From Antedon mediterranea (taxonomy: Eukaryota > Animalia > Echinodermata), in the NCBI RefSeq assembly GCF_964355755.1, contig NC_092678.1, positions 21,717,365-21,781,364 of the forward strand: DNA of 64,000 bases, in the 5' to 3' direction. Positions 1 through 13,400 of the stretch are shown piece by piece. The notes under the pieces were generated by a model that was not told where the DNA came from, made no database searches, and worked only from the letters and a program-made list of their open reading frames with translations. Positions within the stretch are counted from its first letter, which is position 1, and every line of letters begins with the position of its first letter. A program made the translations under genes and the position numbers.

Positions 1-397
1 AGATATTACGTAGTTTTTGTTTTAAAATAATTCGGGTTGAAAACTAGGCCTATGCTTTCCGCCAGCCTATTTATGCTAGCTGGGCTTACCGTACCGTAGT
101 AGGTGTAGCCTATGGACCATAGTATCTGGCTGGGCCTAGAATAGAAGCAGTAAGTTACTATAATGTGTACAGGCGCGGCTGGCTGGCCCAGCAGGCCTAG
201 CCTGTTTTGTGTTTAAACTGGTAGCGTCAACTGAGATGTGAAACGCGTTACTGTGTCACAACTATAACTTAAAACAAAACGGATTATACTTCTAGATTGT
301 AGAAAAAATAAATATAACATTTTACATCTAAATACAATACAGGTTTTATCTGAAATTATTTGTCACCGTGGTTTCACTACTGACGCTGCGATGTAAC

Positions 398-3300
398 ATG
401 ATGGAAGGTGTGTCCTCAAGCCACGACCAACCTGTCAATCATTGCATTGTTAAGGGTTCGTCAAACAATGTTGTCATGACTGGAGATGGAAGTAGTGTCT
501 CTGGTAATTTGTTTTTTTATATATTTCTTTCATTTTTTGCTTGGTTTATTTATACTAATGCACTTGTCAATTGTATGACCCATTATGCGACCCCCGGGAA
601 AAGTGCATCATACTGTAGATGCGTCATCATTTACACAAAATTATTGATGCAGGGGTGCGTCAAAAAACCTAGATGGTACGTCACATCAACAAATAACAAT
701 GTGCCAATGTTCGTCACTTTACCACCCACCATATCATAAACAACATGATCACAGTGCGTCAAAGTAGGTGCATCATGATCACCTAAAGACAAATCACGTT
801 TTGATGGTGCATCATGATATTCATAAGGTATGAAAAACATCGGACAAATGACGCAAACTATCCCAGGGGTTGTATAGAGGGTCATACAATTGACGAGTGC
901 ATTATAGAGCTACGTTTTATTTGTTTTATAATTAAGCCCTTGAATTACAAAAAAAAATAAATAACATTTAACTATGCCGAGAGTCAAATACGGAAAGGGG
1001 TAAGACTTTTGTTGTGAAACTGATTTGGTTGTTGATGACTGTGTTCCCTTTCACCCATTTACTTTCAATAACTGCATGCTTTGTTTTTCCAGTGAATCTA
1101 TATAAACCAAAACAACGACAATCAAACAGTGATAGCGGTTATGAAGATGATGCTTCACAAAGGGACTCCACGACGGAGGACATGACTGAGGAGGATGCCA
1201 AAAGTAACGAGGATGACCTTCCAATGGAGATGGACAATCCTGTGACATCATCATGCATCGTCAAAGGTGATGAAAATGTGGTGGTAATGAGCGGTGACGG
1301 GAGCAATGTCAAAGGTCAGTAGTTGTGTATTTTTATTAAGATCATCAACTTAACTTTAATAACCACTATTTAAATTCTTTCCTTTATATAAACTAATAGG
1401 AAAATATTTAATATATTGGTTCCAAGAGATTAAGGTTTTATTTTTAACCTTTAAGTTATGCAATTACATCATAATAGGGAGGTTTCGCAACCTTACGAAT
1501 ATGATAACGAAAACAGATACGTCATACATTTGTGAAACTTTTGAGCTGATCCCCATTTCATTCGTAAAGCGTATTCGTGTTGAGGAATATCACCAGTCAT
1601 ATTCGTAACTACAAAACGAGTATAGTTTTTGATCTATTTTGCACATTTTGCATTTGAATCAGGAATGATTCATGATTATAATATAATTATAGATTTATTG
1701 AAAGTAATTTACTAAAGTAATTTACTAAAATGCCATGTCAATTTTGATAAATAGCAATTTTTAAAGTCCTCACTCGCTTTGATGTTACGCTAGGCCTAGG
1801 CATCCAAGCACCAAGCATCACATACCTGTCATATTTTGGACGAGCCTCAATATTTCGTTGCCATGCGAAACAGATTGTTTTATGGCTTACGAATACGTAT
1901 GCGTGACATATCCGTATTCGTGATCGTATTCGTAAGATTGCGAAACCTCTCTACTATTGGGTAAATTAAAGGTTCAACAAGAAAGTAAAAAATAACATGA
2001 TTATTATTTGTCTAGCGTTTATATATAGTAAAAATAATACATAGAAAATAAGGTTTATATTGTATACTGTACAATAGAACCAGGAGACACACCCATAATC
2101 AGGGAGAGACACACCCATAATCAGGGAGAGACACACCCATAATCAGGGAGAGACACACCCATAATCAGGGAGAGACACACCCATAATCAGGGAGAGACAC
2201 ACCCATAATCAGGGAGAGACACACCCATAATCAGGGAGAGACACACCCATAATCAGGGAGAGACACTTCCATAATCAGGGAGTTGAAATCTGTTTCAGAA
2301 CTACACCCCTATTAAAGCGTGTTTCCCACTAGCGACGCAACTCAAGGACGTAACAAAATGCAAGTGAATTGACCAATCACAAGCGATGGCTTATTCGCTT
2401 GTGATTGCTGTCTGTAACTTCGCTTGTCATTGATTAAAACGCTTGCGTTGCGTTTACGTCCTTGCGTTACGTTCTTGCGTTACGTTCTTGTGGGAACCAA
2501 GCTTAAGGGGACATGTTGTTTGATCCCTTTATAGGGGTTCCTTCCATTGTATAATATTATCTCTTTTTATTTTAGTCAATGTAAATGATAATAAAGCCGC
2601 TGATGAAGATATTACAGAAGATGATGATGATAAGCAGAGTGATGTCAATTCCAATAACAACAACATGAAGAGTAACCAGTGTCCACCTAAAGAACAGACA
2701 GACGCATTCCCTAACTTAGACACCAAAGATAGCATGTTGCATGATGGGACTGATGTCGGGGAACGACCCGTGGCTCATGTTCAACCAATGCCACAAAAAA
2801 AAAAAAACGAAGACGAGATTCCAACCAGATCAAACTCAAACAACGCAATAGTATCTAATGAATATTCATTAGGAAATAGTAACCCTTCTTCTTTACGTCC
2901 TAAGCGAAGGCTGGTTGAGGAAGTAGAAGAAAGTAATGAATTTTGCAAGAAACAAAAAACAAATGATGCTGCAGCACAAGGCGAGTACTGTACCACCTGG
3001 TAGTGCAAATATGTAAATGTTATGCAAATTAGCTCATGGCATAATATTATTTTGTAGTTCTAACTCGGCTTTTTTTATTTCAATACCAAATTTAATCTTT
3101 TTTAAGCATTAACATTTTAAAATTATTTTGTATTTTTTCAGAATGTGGACCAAGTTCTTGCCAAACATTTCATCGAGTAAATATAGAGGGCGCCGATAAC
3201 ACTGTAATCACTGCGGGCTCTGGAAGCACAATTCATTGCAAGTTGATGTTTTGTTTATTTTGTTTAGAAACCTTTCTGAATTATTTTATTAAATAATTTC

Positions 3301-4577
3301 ATTTTCATCTTTATTTCTTTCCTCAGATTTCCAATGTAAACATTCACAAAAAGAATCAACGAAGAACGATTATAATATTGACCATATTGACGGCGAAACC
3401 TTGAAAAGTAAGTTCTTGAAAATACTTTTTAATTTCTTCTTTCTCAAAGGTGTCTTCTTTCACGTGAAAATCATATCAATGTATTTTGTGTTTTATAATA
3501 TATAGTTATTTTTCTATGCTGTTTGTAATTGTGCCTCTTTTACTTTTAATTATATATGTATATTGATTGTAAACAAACGTTATCAGCCAATGGCTGCTGT
3601 TTTGTATGTGTTTTTAAACCTAAATAAATAAATAAATAAATAAATAAAAAATACAATGCTATGGTTTCAGTGTTAGTCACTAAACCTACACATTTTGACA
3701 TTTTGTAAAAATAGTGCATAAATATACTAATTTAAAAACATTAAACCAGGTCATTCCTTTTCTTAAATGTACGTTTTATGGTTAGTTATGGGAAAAGGAG
3801 AGAAACCATGCACTACCTGTGTAGCTTGCGTCGGTTTAGCTAGGCTTAGTTGTGTAGGCCTAGCTGGTTAAAGAGCGGTAATGTAAGAACATCGTACGCT
3901 AGCTATAGGCCTAGCCCGGTGTTGTCTTGTTGCTGAATTGTCTTTCCATTTTTGGCAGAATCTGTTAATAATTTCGCTGAAAAGTTACGGTTCTTTTATT
4001 TGTTTACCCCTTCAAGATCGATCGAAAGTGGGTGCATCACACCACAATATGAGAATATCAATCCGTGTGCGATGCATTCTGGTATTTATAGTGGGCCGCT
4101 TAGAGACAAACAAAATTGTCGCAATAGGTCCATTTTATTTTTACATAAAATGTAGTTTGTGACCTTAAATTAAGTCTATAAAACGAAGGTCTAGTGGCTT
4201 TAAATTATATTTTAATTGAAAGTATGGATTTCCAAGTGATATACTAAGCACCTGTGAAATGAATCTTCTTCCTAGAAACCGGAATGATGTCCTTTTTCCA
4301 GCGGATCTCGAAACATATCGGAAGCACATCCAACAAATGGAAGCAACTTGCCAGGGAACTTCCGATGGTTAGTTACGACATTCTGGAAAAAGAGATCAAA
4401 TTTCTGGAACAGACGCCAGAAACGACTGAGCAAAAAGCCTTTGCTGTACTGGTAAAATGGTGGAGGAGGAACAGTGGGGATACTGGCATGAAAAAGAATC
4501 TGGTAGCGGCCTTAAGATATATTAAACTGCCATGGTTAGCTGCAACGCTTGAAAAGGAGATAGAGGGGCTGTCATGA
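398..4577 (+). CDS. Death-domain adaptor-like protein with three RHIM-like repeats (6 coding exons, 403 aa)
   Basis: Exons 398-503, 1093-1314, 2576-2980, 3142-3237, 3327-3407 and 4276-4577 join into one open frame (1212 nt, ATG to TGA). All introns are phase 1 with polypyrimidine-AG acceptors; the donors at 2981 and 3238 are GC. The last exon encodes a death-fold pattern (ISKHIG..KWKQLARELP..EQKAFAVLVKWWRRN..LVAALRYIKLPWLAATLE). The middle of the protein is acidic and low complexity. Confidence 0.8.
556..904. mobile_element. MITE in intron 1 (about 26-bp TIRs)
   Basis: taatgcacttgtcaattgtatgaccc at 556 and its near reverse complement gggtcatacaattgacgagtgcatta ending at 904. Confidence 0.75.
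1476..1952. mobile_element. MITE in intron 2
   Basis: Terminal inverted repeats agggaggtttcgcaaccttacgaata ... tattcgtaagattgcgaaacctctct. Confidence 0.75.
2083..2282. repeat. 22-bp minisatellite, about 9 copies
   Basis: Tandem agggagagacacacccataatc. Confidence 0.95.
2316..2503. mobile_element. PIF/Harbinger-type MITE
   Basis: Imperfect TIR agcgtgtttcccac / gtgggaaccaagct with TAA on both sides. A related degenerate copy lies near 58130-58260. Confidence 0.6.
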
Positions 4578-4885
4578 CATATTTGATTGCGGGGGTGTTT
4601 TTTCTTTATGTGTGTTAATTAAGTTTCTTTATTGGGCAGTAAAACTAATTTGGTAATTATACCCAATTGCTAAAAAAGCAATCATATTTTTTAGCAATTC
4701 AGTTACCATACAGTGAAATTAATTAGAAAAAAAATATTATGTGTGTAAATTGTAATGATTTAGGGAGTTACTATCATTCGATAACCTCACAGCTCTACAA
4801 ATATGCTTCGTAGCCAGCAATCCTCCTAAAATTGTTTTTGATGTTTAATCACAATTGTTTTAGTTAATAAAAACACAATTGAGAC

Positions 4886-5890
4886 TTAATATATATACTT
4901 ATATATACTTAATATATATACTTATATATACTTAATATATATACTTATATATACTTAATATATATATTTATATATACTTAATATATATATTTATATATAC
5001 TTAATATGTATACTTATATATACTTAATATGTATACTTATATATACTTAATATATATACTTATATATACTTAATATATATACTTATATATACTTAATATA
5101 TATACTTATATATACTTAATATATTATACAAATAATGAATGTTTATGAGTGCAATGGTATAAATAATGGCACGAGGTGAATGATGAAAGGTTATATCAAC
5201 GAGGCAAAGCCGAGTTGATATAACCTTTCATCATTCACCAAGTGCCATTATTTGTACCATTACACGAATACAAAACATTCATTATTTTTTTTATATAAAA
5301 TCTAAATAAATTCTAGTTATGTTTCAAAAAGTACTATTTAACGATCGTTGAATAGTGCGTACTATTGCACGCCATGTGACCCACATTCGTCCAATCAAAT
5401 GACAGGAATTTATATAGGTGTTATATAAATATTTATATATACTTAATATATATACTTATATACTAATGTTAATGTATACTTATGTGTATATAAAAGTATC
5501 TCTCTGGAGATCCCGGTATAAAAAGTGTTCTATGCCTAATGTCTTAATATATATACAGTACTTTATATGTATACTAAATCCATATATATATACTTAATAT
5601 ATATATTTATATATACTTAGACGGTCCGAGTTCGAGTCTCGGTTGGGGCGACTTTTTCTCATTCTCACAGATTTCCTCATCTTTATCGTTTCAAAAATTA
5701 ATTAAATAATTTTCAGTGTATCGCCGGGCGGTTTGGAATTTATTTCTATGCCTGTTGTGTTTATATATACTTAATATATATACTTGTATATACTTAATAT
5801 ATATATTTATATATACTTAATATGTATACTTATATATACTTAATATATATATTTATATATACTTAATATGTATATTTATATATACATATC
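4886..5890. repeat. AT-rich simple repeat (atatatactta variants) interrupted by inserted elements
   Basis: Repeated atatatacttaatatatatactt blocks at 4886-5125 and, discontinuously, 5430-5890. Confidence 0.85.
5127..5428. mobile_element. Palindromic non-autonomous element (about 75-bp-arm hairpin, Crypton-like centre)
   Basis: Arms at 5131-5205 and 5209-5286 are near reverse complements around cgaggc-aaa-gccgag. The family assignment is an inference. Confidence 0.55.
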
Positions 5891-8800
5891 AACAAGCGCT
5901 TTGGGACAATCAGCTGATTGTTAAAAGCGCTATATAAATACGTATGTTGTATTACATTGTATTCAGTAACGCCACTGCCACTGTTATAGTATCATTTAGT
6001 ATTTTAGGTTGCTTATCACAAAAAAATAATTCCAAAGATTTTAAACTTCTTTTTTGCTAGATTTTACAAGTAGAAAAAACATTTTTGGTATTCGATAGTT
6101 TGTCTGGAAAAGAACTGATTAGCTGTACAATGATCTCTGTAATGCCATTCTGTTCAGAACGTAGCGTTTATCGATTACGACTTATGATAGTACATTTAGT
6201 CAGTGTAGTGTTACCAAATTATACACAAAACTGCCTTACTGCTACTTATGTATAACATGTATAGCAAAAAACACAATATTCTCGGTGTGCTGATCGGGTA
6301 GGGACTGTGCTGCTGCCTTCCCTGGGTCGCGGATCCGAATCCAAATTTCCTCAGTTTCCCGTTAAGCTTGAGGACCAGAATAAATACCATTACAAAACTG
6401 TTATCTACTCAAAATTCAGATGGATACAGTTATTAATACAATTATTTAATGAAAATGTTTCCAGAATTCGTCATTGCACTTATAAAATTGGTTGATATCT
6501 GCTGCATACACACCATGTGACCTCGAGGTGCTATCTGAATGTGCTGCTTGTAAATAGCATATACTGTAGCAATATAGCAGTTCACTGTTTAGCAATGCTA
6601 TATTTTTTTGTTTGTACATGCTGCAATTTTATCTATAAAATGTTTTTTTTTTTTGCATTAGTTTGTATGTTGTAAAAATATAATTATGTAATTCCAACCA
6701 TAGTTCAAAATATGATTCCAGTGAAATTTAATTGTCCAAAATTGTAAAAAATATTGCGTCCTACTCATTTTTGAAACCTTATCAGGCAAATGGAACATTC
6801 CATAGAGAATATAAAATTATTCCATTTGTAGTATTCGATTGAGATTTGTTGAGTACTTATTTGTATTAGAATGGTAAATTGTAAACGGATTGTACTGAAC
6901 AGAAAATCATTTGAAAAGGTTAACAACTCAATTGTCGTATTCGATTGGGAACTTTCGTTGTCAACGTAAAGATTCGTTGAGTACTTTTTGTATTCGAATT
7001 GTAAATTTGTGCTCAACAGAAAGTCATTCGAATAGAAAACGTTGACAACGAAAGCTTTTTCGTTAAGAACAATCTCAACGCTCAAAATACTCCGTTAAAG
7101 AAGTACTCAATGGAAAAACTGTACTCAACGGTGAAAGTCTAAATCGAATAGAACAATGTTTTTTAAAAATGTCAAACTCTGACCCACATGTATCAGACAT
7201 TCTTCAACTGCACAAATCCTACACTACAGGGTCGTGGAAATATCAGGGTTGGGTTGGTAAATGTTGTATTTTCTGGATTTTGTTAGTGCAATGAGTAACA
7301 TCTTTTGCCAGAATCTGGATTTACTAGGACCAAGGTAATCTAAAAGCAGGATGCTGAGCTCCATAGATCAAATGGTTTATATGTGGCTGAGACACGATCA
7401 GTGGTTAACAGATACTGCTCCGTGGAAAATATTACAATACTATTAGTATTTGTCGTAGCTCAGCGTCCTGTTGTTAGATTGCCTTGCTAGAACTCGGGTC
7501 CCATGCATTTAAAATAATTGCTTTTGAGCTCCTAAGCTGGACTTAGGATTGTCTTGAAAGGCATTGACATACTAGTTTCACAAAAAAAGTGTGATGTGCC
7601 TAAATATGGTAGTGATATGTTTTGTAATAGAACAATTTTTAAATTGTTCAATGCTAACAAAAATTACCAGTCTTATTACATTTAGGGATATTATTGAATT
7701 TTACTGTTCTTTACTTATAATTTGTAATTATTAATTTAAATTGTATTATTAATGATATGATATGAATGATAGCATTTTATTATTATCATTTTTACCAAGT
7801 GTTTGTAGGTATATATTTTATGTAAATTTATTAATTTGTGTGTGTAATAATAATAATAATGTACTAAATGACATAGACACAGTCTGAGAATTTTTTTTGT
7901 TATATAAAAATCCACCTTGGTGAACCAAGGCGATCTAACAGGATGCTAAGCTCCAGAGATCAAAGGGTTTATCTGTGGCTGCGACACGATCAGTTGCACG
8001 CCCCTGAACTGACCATGTTCGCCGCGGAGAATATGTACATAGTACAGTACTGTTGGTATATTTGTTGCAGCCAGACATAGGATCAAAGGACTGTTACGAG
8101 TTCCTATCTTGGAAAAGCGAGCTCAGCGTACTGTTGTGAGATTGCCTTGGGTGGACACTTTTGTTTTGTTCTGAACCTAACATTTTATCTGTGATTATTC
8201 CCGACTGCCTATTGTAAGAAATATGTACTGTATGTGTAATATATGTGTTTATATATATAATGTAACTGGGCGGTTTACAGTTTATCTATGAGCCCGTTAT
8301 CTATAGATTAGTTATTTATCTAGAGAAGTTTGATTTCATATGGACCAATTATCTCTGAATTTAGTGGGTTGATCACCAACTTGTAGATGGGTAAATAACT
8401 ATGTCTGTAAAAAAGTGTGATGTACCCAAATATGGTAGTGATATGCCCAAATGTGGCAGTGATATGACATCATGTGTCCATATATGGGCACATCACAGCG
8501 CTTGGGTCGCATACTTCCCATTTGTAAGCTAAAATGACATTATGAACTCTATTTCGATATCTATTTTTGACATTCATATTTTTAAGTTAGAGCTACCCAT
8601 TAAAGAAAATCCTGGATCCGCCAATGAATATATATGTTTTATTTTTATTATAACATTTAACAATCACAGAACAGTATAACACAATTTTATTAACATAGAA
8701 GCATTCTTTTATTTGGAAGACAAGATATTACAAAAATAAAATATACAAAACAGTGAATGACTTTGTTCTTAACACTCGTACAATTTGCCCTGTGTGCTAT

Positions 8801-9489
8801 GTACAATATTTCATAGCATTTAAAAAATAACGTAAATAATTATTTTTTTTCATTTAAATAGGATGATGTGACCATTGGAGAAGCAATGATGCCGTACTCT
8901 ACTTGCAGTGATATAGAAACTCCAAATACAACTTTTATGTATTTTACAAGGTGTGCAATCTTTATGGGGGGGGGGGGGAGGAAGGTGGGTGGTTGGTGGT
9001 GGTGTCAAAATAATTCTACCCTACGGTACATGGTTGTCTAGTAAACCAGGGATTGTGGGTAACATGCACACTGACTGAGGTGAGACATTTCAAATATAAC
9101 CACTGTAATCATTTTTTTTAAAATTTGTATGTACTGTATTTGTATGTACTGTATTTGTATGTCGACCTTTAAAATGCAATTACAGCACTTTATACTGTAT
9201 AATTTATATTTTACTTTAATATTGGTATTTCTCAGCAACAATATAAATCTTATATTATACTATATGAAAATGACATTTCCACTGATTATATTAAATTATA
9301 TAATAATTTGAGAAAGATAAATATTTATTCAATGAATGCATTTACAATACATATCCTGAACAAGGTATATAAGTTTACGAGGCAGTCATGAATACCTTTT
9401 TTTTTTATAAATAATAATTAATATGATTTGAATATGCTAATGAGCTTTGCAATGACATAGGCCTTGCCCGTCTGTTACCACCAAAAGTA

Positions 9490-9907
9490 CCGCAAATCTT
9501 CTAATTGTAACCCAGGGTTATTATTCTTTGATTGTTTTTTAGGATGGGTTACTACTAGAAGAGGGGTTACTATTAGAGTAGTGGGTTACTATTACTAATC
9601 CTGAAAATAGTAACCCACCCCCAACTTTTCTGGTCAGCAACTCCTAGCAAAATAATAAAACAGTACGAATAAACAAATTTGGTTGAACTCTAACTATATT
9701 TTATAAACTCAAAAACAATCAATCCTCCTCCACTCCCGAGATCAACATGCATTATCTCCTTATCAAAAATGTTGATTTTAGTGTCAATAGTTTTTGTGAC
9801 TAACAGTAACCCCCATGGGTTACTATTAGAGTAGTGAGTTATTATTGTAGATTGACTTATAAGGTGGGTTACTATTAGAAGGCGGGTTACTATTAGAAGA
9901 CTTACGG
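9490..9907. mobile_element. Tc1/mariner-type MITE
   Basis: TA|ccgcaaatcttctaattgtaaccc ... gggttactattagaagacttacgg|TA, with internal gggttactattaga subrepeats. Confidence 0.7.
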
Positions 9908-10420
9908 TATGTCAAGGAATAGAGTATGGATGCAACTTATGCGCATTATTAATTAACATGACTTAAACTTTTTCCTAATTCAAAAGCATCCCTACTACCA
10001 ACAAAATGCCACATCCATAACAGTGTGCAAACTCCCCCCTACGTCAAAGAGATTCGTTGAGATTAGAATGAGTACGGTATTTTGACTGCTAAAGAAAGAT
10101 GAATTTCAAAATTTAATAACCAAACTTGTGCAAATACTCATGCACATCTCCAAACAATATATACACTATTACTTATAATTTAATTATTAAAGAATTAATT
10201 GTTTTATATAAAAAGGCTTTTGATTGTCAATATTTCATTTTTTCATGCTACATCTAATTTGTATTGCATAGTAATTTAATTGTAAAGGCACTTCTGGTAA
10301 TTTCATCGTATCATATTATGAATAATTGAATATTAACTGGTGAACATAACCTGTAAAATGTTTATAGCGCTTATAACTGTTTTGGTTTATTGCTTGCATT
10401 AAATATTTTTCTATTCTACT

Positions 10421-13400
10421 TTAAATGATCATACTCTTATCGTCCCCACTTTCCTCAAATGATATATCATCGTCATCTTGCGGGATATCTTCAATCATCA
10501 TCTCACCTATTGATCCGCCATCCTCTGGGATCTCTTCCGTCATCTCACCTATTGATCCATCATCCTGCGGGATCTCTTCCATGTGCGTTGACCTCTCACT
10601 TATACTTGATCTATCATTATCTACTAATGTTTCTTCGAAAAGTAATCTTGATTCTCCGTGATTCAAGGTGATAAAATCATCTGGGTTAAGCTCCTTATTT
10701 GCCATCTCCTCTTTAACGAGTTTTGGCGGCTCTAGGTAGAACTGGGAAGAAAAATAATAAATAATAAAAAGATAATCACTTGTTTGTGTATCAGAAAAGT
10801 AAAAATGTTAATTCAATGAAGATTCAGTATCAATGTATAGTTAGTTTTACTTCAGCATTTCAGTGGTTTTGCCAGTGGCATAATGCAGAGATAAGGCCCC
10901 TGGTTTAGCACTCCTAAGGGGCCCTCCAACGCTGGACATTTGGTTGCTTAAGCTCTGGGGCCTCTGGGTTTAGCCAGTGAGCGTTCATAGCCAGTGAGCG
11001 TTCATAGCCAGTGAGCGTTCATAGCCAGTGAGCGTTCATAGCCAGTGAGCGTTCATAGCCAGTGAGCGTTCATAGCCAGTGAGCGTTCATAGCCAGTGAG
11101 CGTTCATAGCCAGTGAGCGTTCATAGCCAGTGAGCGTTCATAGCCAGTGAGCGTTCATAGCCAGTGAGCGTTCATAGCCATTATACCTTAGAATTGTTTT
11201 TCTGTGTATGTCTATAATGATTTTTGAACTCGAGTATGGCGGGTGGAGCCAAGCAGTCTGTATTTTTAACGGACTATAATATTACTGTATATGTTAGAGA
11301 TAGCCCGTTAGAGTTTCCGATTTGGTCATACAGTACTGTAGTATGTACAATAGTAATTGTTTATTGATGAGGAAACAAATTATGCAAATATTGTGCCTGT
11401 TAATTAACATACCTCGTTACCAAATGGGAAGGTTCCCCAGTGGATACCAATTGACACAGTGCTTTGCAGGTCAACATGGACTTGTACTGCTTCTTGTGGG
11501 TTGATGTGCTGGGGCTTCTTAAACCATCTATAAGAGAAGATAAATAGTAGTAACGCTATTATTGTAAATGTCAACTTAGACAGCATCGAGGCCCAACAAA
11601 TCAGTATTATTTTTATTAAGTTTCATTCAGTTCTAATAAATGACAGTGACCACAAGAAATGAAGTTGTGCGGTTGTCAAAGGCCTGTGAAAAAGTTGAGT
11701 TGAGTTGAGGGTGAAACCTCAACAACCGCACTGGTGGCTACAGCCCATTGTATGATTTTCCATTATTTAAACAAATGTTTGTCAAACTGCATGGACGTAC
11801 CTTGGTTCGTAGGCACCAATAGGAATAGCTGCTAGATCAAACGGTCCGTATCGCCGACCAATCTGAGTGAATGCATCACAATAACCGGTATCGCCAGCAA
11901 AAAAGAAACTATGATTTGGTCCAAATACGCACCAACTACCCCATAAATACCAGCCGTTATCATGCAAAGCACGGTTACTCCAGTGTTGTCCTGGTGTGAA
12001 CGCAATCGTTATTTTTGTATGATCAGGATGTCCATTCTCTTGCCACCAATCCATCTCGATGACATTTTCGCATCCCGCCCTCATCATCCAATTCATAAGT
12101 CCGAGCGGTACAAACCATCGCAATTTTGACCCAAAACGGGCATTTAAACATTTTACAGTCGGTAAATCAAGATGATCATAATGTGCATGACTGATTAGGA
12201 CGGCGTCAATGTTCGGAAGGTCGTGAATGTCGCACGGGGGTTTACGATATCGTTTTGGACCTATGTGCGCTGAGGGGCTACATCGCATACTAAAGATAGG
12301 GTCTGTTAAAATTGTTATACCATCAAATTGTACAAGAACACAAGCGTGGCCAAGCCACGAAACACGGATTCCGCTATGCGGCGGTAACTTCCATTCTTCC
12401 AAATTTGGAGATATGATGGGTAAAGTTTTGTCCAATACCTGCAATTCAAATATAACAAAATAATCATATATTATAATATAATTATACTATAAAGCACTTC
12501 CTATTTGTTTAATACCAAAAGGCTTTGGAACTTTTTTATGGATTTAAATTTTTTTTATAAAGCATGCAGCTTTGATGTACCGTAATGCCTTATCACCAGA
12601 TACACAATCGTATTACTGTATGTCTAGCGACTATACACATTACACATATTGTAACTTCTGACCACAACCTTACTCCCATGTGAAACTGTCACTATACAGT
12701 AGCATTTACTCTTCAAAATACCAACTACCAACTAGCTGATCGGTTGATTTCGCTTTCTAATCGGTAGACCTTTGTTCGAACCATAGTGTGGTCATTTTTT
12801 TGTTCATATAGTAGTAGTGAGAGATTATTTAAAGGGTTAGGTCAAGTTTATTGTCTGGGGGGGGGGGGGGACATTATACTGAGAAGGCTGTTATACTATC
12901 TTATTGACATTCAGAAAGATAACAGCCAAATGTATACATTAGATAAAAGAACAGGATTTAACTATACTACAATCAATATTATTATATAAAGAATGTTGAG
13001 GTAGTTTTGTACACAGTAGACCACTGTTTTCAAAGTCAATGTTCAATGCTACTTTAAAGGTGGGCAATACCATGGAGGTATATTTTATACAATACTATGT
13101 CCATAGAATTCATATTTACTCTTTACAGTTTTGTGATCAATTGAAGAAGTTCCAAAAAGTTGATCAACTTATTATTGTGTTCCAGTCTGTTTGCCATGTA
13201 CTGTAGGCCTTTAATTCCTATCATGTGACCAACAACATCATGTGACCAACATACAAACAAAAATCTCAGAAATCAAAGTTATAATACTTACATTTTTATT
13301 AGGAATTGCACGATTATTTTTTGAAAATAATTTCCATTTTAAAACTCCACTTAAACTTGGCATTGTCCATGAATTCCAGGGATTTATAAAGTTACCCCAT

